From: Pseudomonadota bacterium
Lineage (GTDB): Bacteria > Pseudomonadota > Gammaproteobacteria > JAKAQQ01
Assembly: GCA_027320085.1 (NCBI GenBank)
Contig: DAHVLZ010000038.1
Location: 32,001-96,000 of the forward strand
Direction of reading: 5' to 3'
Length of the DNA: 64,000 bases
The notes beneath the pieces were generated by a model, which was not told where the DNA came from, made no database searches, and worked only from the letters and a program-made list of their open reading frames with translations. Shown piece after piece: positions 62,815 to 64,000 of the stretch. The translations under genes and the position numbers were made by a program. Each line of letters begins with the position of its first letter. Within the stretch, counting starts at the first letter, position 1.

Positions 62815-63924
62815 TCAGCCGTGCAGGCTGGATTTCCGGTCCTGGCGGTAGTAGGCACCAAACCGGTTGTTCAAGAACTCTTTCAATGAAAAATGTTCCT
62901 GCAAGATCAGCCCACGGCAGTTTGAGGCAAAAACCAGGTCGATGACAGCGCAAATCCCGGCCGCGGTCGTGATCTGGATCGCGGACCAGAGCTGTTCGCC
63001 CACGCGATCCGGATAGACTGAATTCACATAGGTTTCCTCGTAGAAGGCACGTCCACGGTAGCCGGTGACATTGACGTAAATGAGAACCACGTCCTGCTCG
63101 GTTCTCGGGATGGCTTTTTCGAGAATCGATTTCAGCGTCGCCCGGTCCCGGTTCAGTCCGAGATCGTTCATGAGAAACCGGACCAGTTCGCAGTGTCCTG
63201 GGTAACGGATCGTTTTGTAGGTCAGCGCATTGATCTTGCCCCGGTAAGTCTGGGACAGGGATCCCAGTCCGCCTGAGGTATTGAACGCCTCATAGCGCCG
63301 CCCCTCAAGTTCGATACTCTCGAGACCTTCCAACGGAAGCAAATCGCTATCCCGTCCATCCAGAATTCCGCGGCAACTGTTTCCGTATTCGTTGATCAGT
63401 CCATCAGAGGACCAGGTCAGGGCATATTTCAGTGAATTGGATGGAAATTGGGGGAGAGCGCCCACCCGGAGCTTGGCTTCTTCGAGCCGGTCAAAGCGAG
63501 TCATGAGGTCATTGGCTACGATGCTGATGAAACCCGGGGCCAGCCCACACTGCGGCACGAAGGCCGAGCTTGCTCCCTGACTGATTTCCGTCACGGCATC
63601 GGTTACGGAAACATCCTCGGTCAGATCGAAATAGTGACAATTGAGCTGACGGGCCACTCGGGCGACATTGACATTACAGTAAAAGGGAAGGCTCGAAACC
63701 AAGGCGTCGACCTTGAGTCGGGCGGCCGTTTCAGCCAGCGGCTTGGCCTCAGAGGCATCCAGAACCAACGGATGGATGGCCGATCCCGGGAAAGTGGCCG
63801 CGACACGGTGGACGGCTTGTTCATCCTGGTCGGCAAGGTGGACTTGATAGTCACCGGTGCGAGCCAAGAGCCCACCGAGTAGCGTTCCGATTTTTCCTGC
63901 TCCTAAAACGAGTACGTTTTTCAT
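62815..63924 (-). CDS. Saccharopine dehydrogenase family / lysine 6-dehydrogenase
   Basis: GAGKIG Rossmann motif, YFDLTED, CGLAPG, GLINEY, EAFNTSGG, YKTIRYPGH. Confidence 0.88.
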   Translation of the reverse strand: MKNVLVLGAGKIGTLLGGLLARTGDYQVHLADQDEQAVHRVAATFPGSAIHPLVLDASEAKPLAETAARLKVDALVSSLPFYCNVNVARVARQLNCHYFDLTEDVSVTDAVTEISQGASSAFVPQCGLAPGFISIVANDLMTRFDRLEEAKLRVGALPQFPSNSLKYALTWSSDGLINEYGNSCRGILDGRDSDLLPLEGLESIELEGRRYEAFNTSGGLGSLSQTYRGKINALTYKTIRYPGHCELVRFLMNDLGLNRDRATLKSILEKAIPRTEQDVVLIYVNVTGYRGRAFYEETYVNSVYPDRVGEQLWSAIQITTAAGICAVIDLVFASNCRGLILQEHFSLKEFLNNRFGAYYRQDRKSSLHG

Positions 63925-64000
63925 GATTTCAACCCCAACGTGGCTGCCGACAGACCTCCGCCCCGGCCATGTCGGCCAATTTAGAATCCTGGTCAGGAAT

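Overview
A 64 kb stretch of core chromosome from a proteobacterium (gene content and order point to Gammaproteobacteria). The strongly basic periplasmic proteins suggest an acidophile. In order: exbB(partial)-exbD-tonB and its terminator; a 188-nt internally deleted group IIC intron; an aldo/keto reductase; clpB; dusA; pckG; yoaA-tsaB; phoB-phoR-olsB-olsA-phoU-dsbB; map-dapC-dapD-dapE (no glnD); the rpsB-tsf-pyrH-frr-uppS-cdsA-rseP-bamA-skp-lpxD-fabZ-lpxA-lpxB-rnhB-dnaE-accA-tilS block (no dxr); an O2-independent ubiquinone cluster (ubiU divergent from ubiT-AroQ chorismate mutase-ubiV-ubiD, with an FNR-type box between); acnA; mnmA; a GlyGly-CTERM-anchored S8/S53-like protease; a GNAT protein; purB; fumC; half-MazG-hypothetical-mscS-kch; a DegV protein; and lysine/saccharopine dehydrogenase-P6C dehydrogenase-uppP. 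The most notable items are the AroQ-fold gene embedded in the ubiTUV cluster, the mini group IIC intron, and ornithine-lipid genes inside the phoBR-phoU operon. No rRNA, tRNA, CRISPR array, transposase or integrase was seen. All assignments come from recalled motifs and synteny, not database searches.
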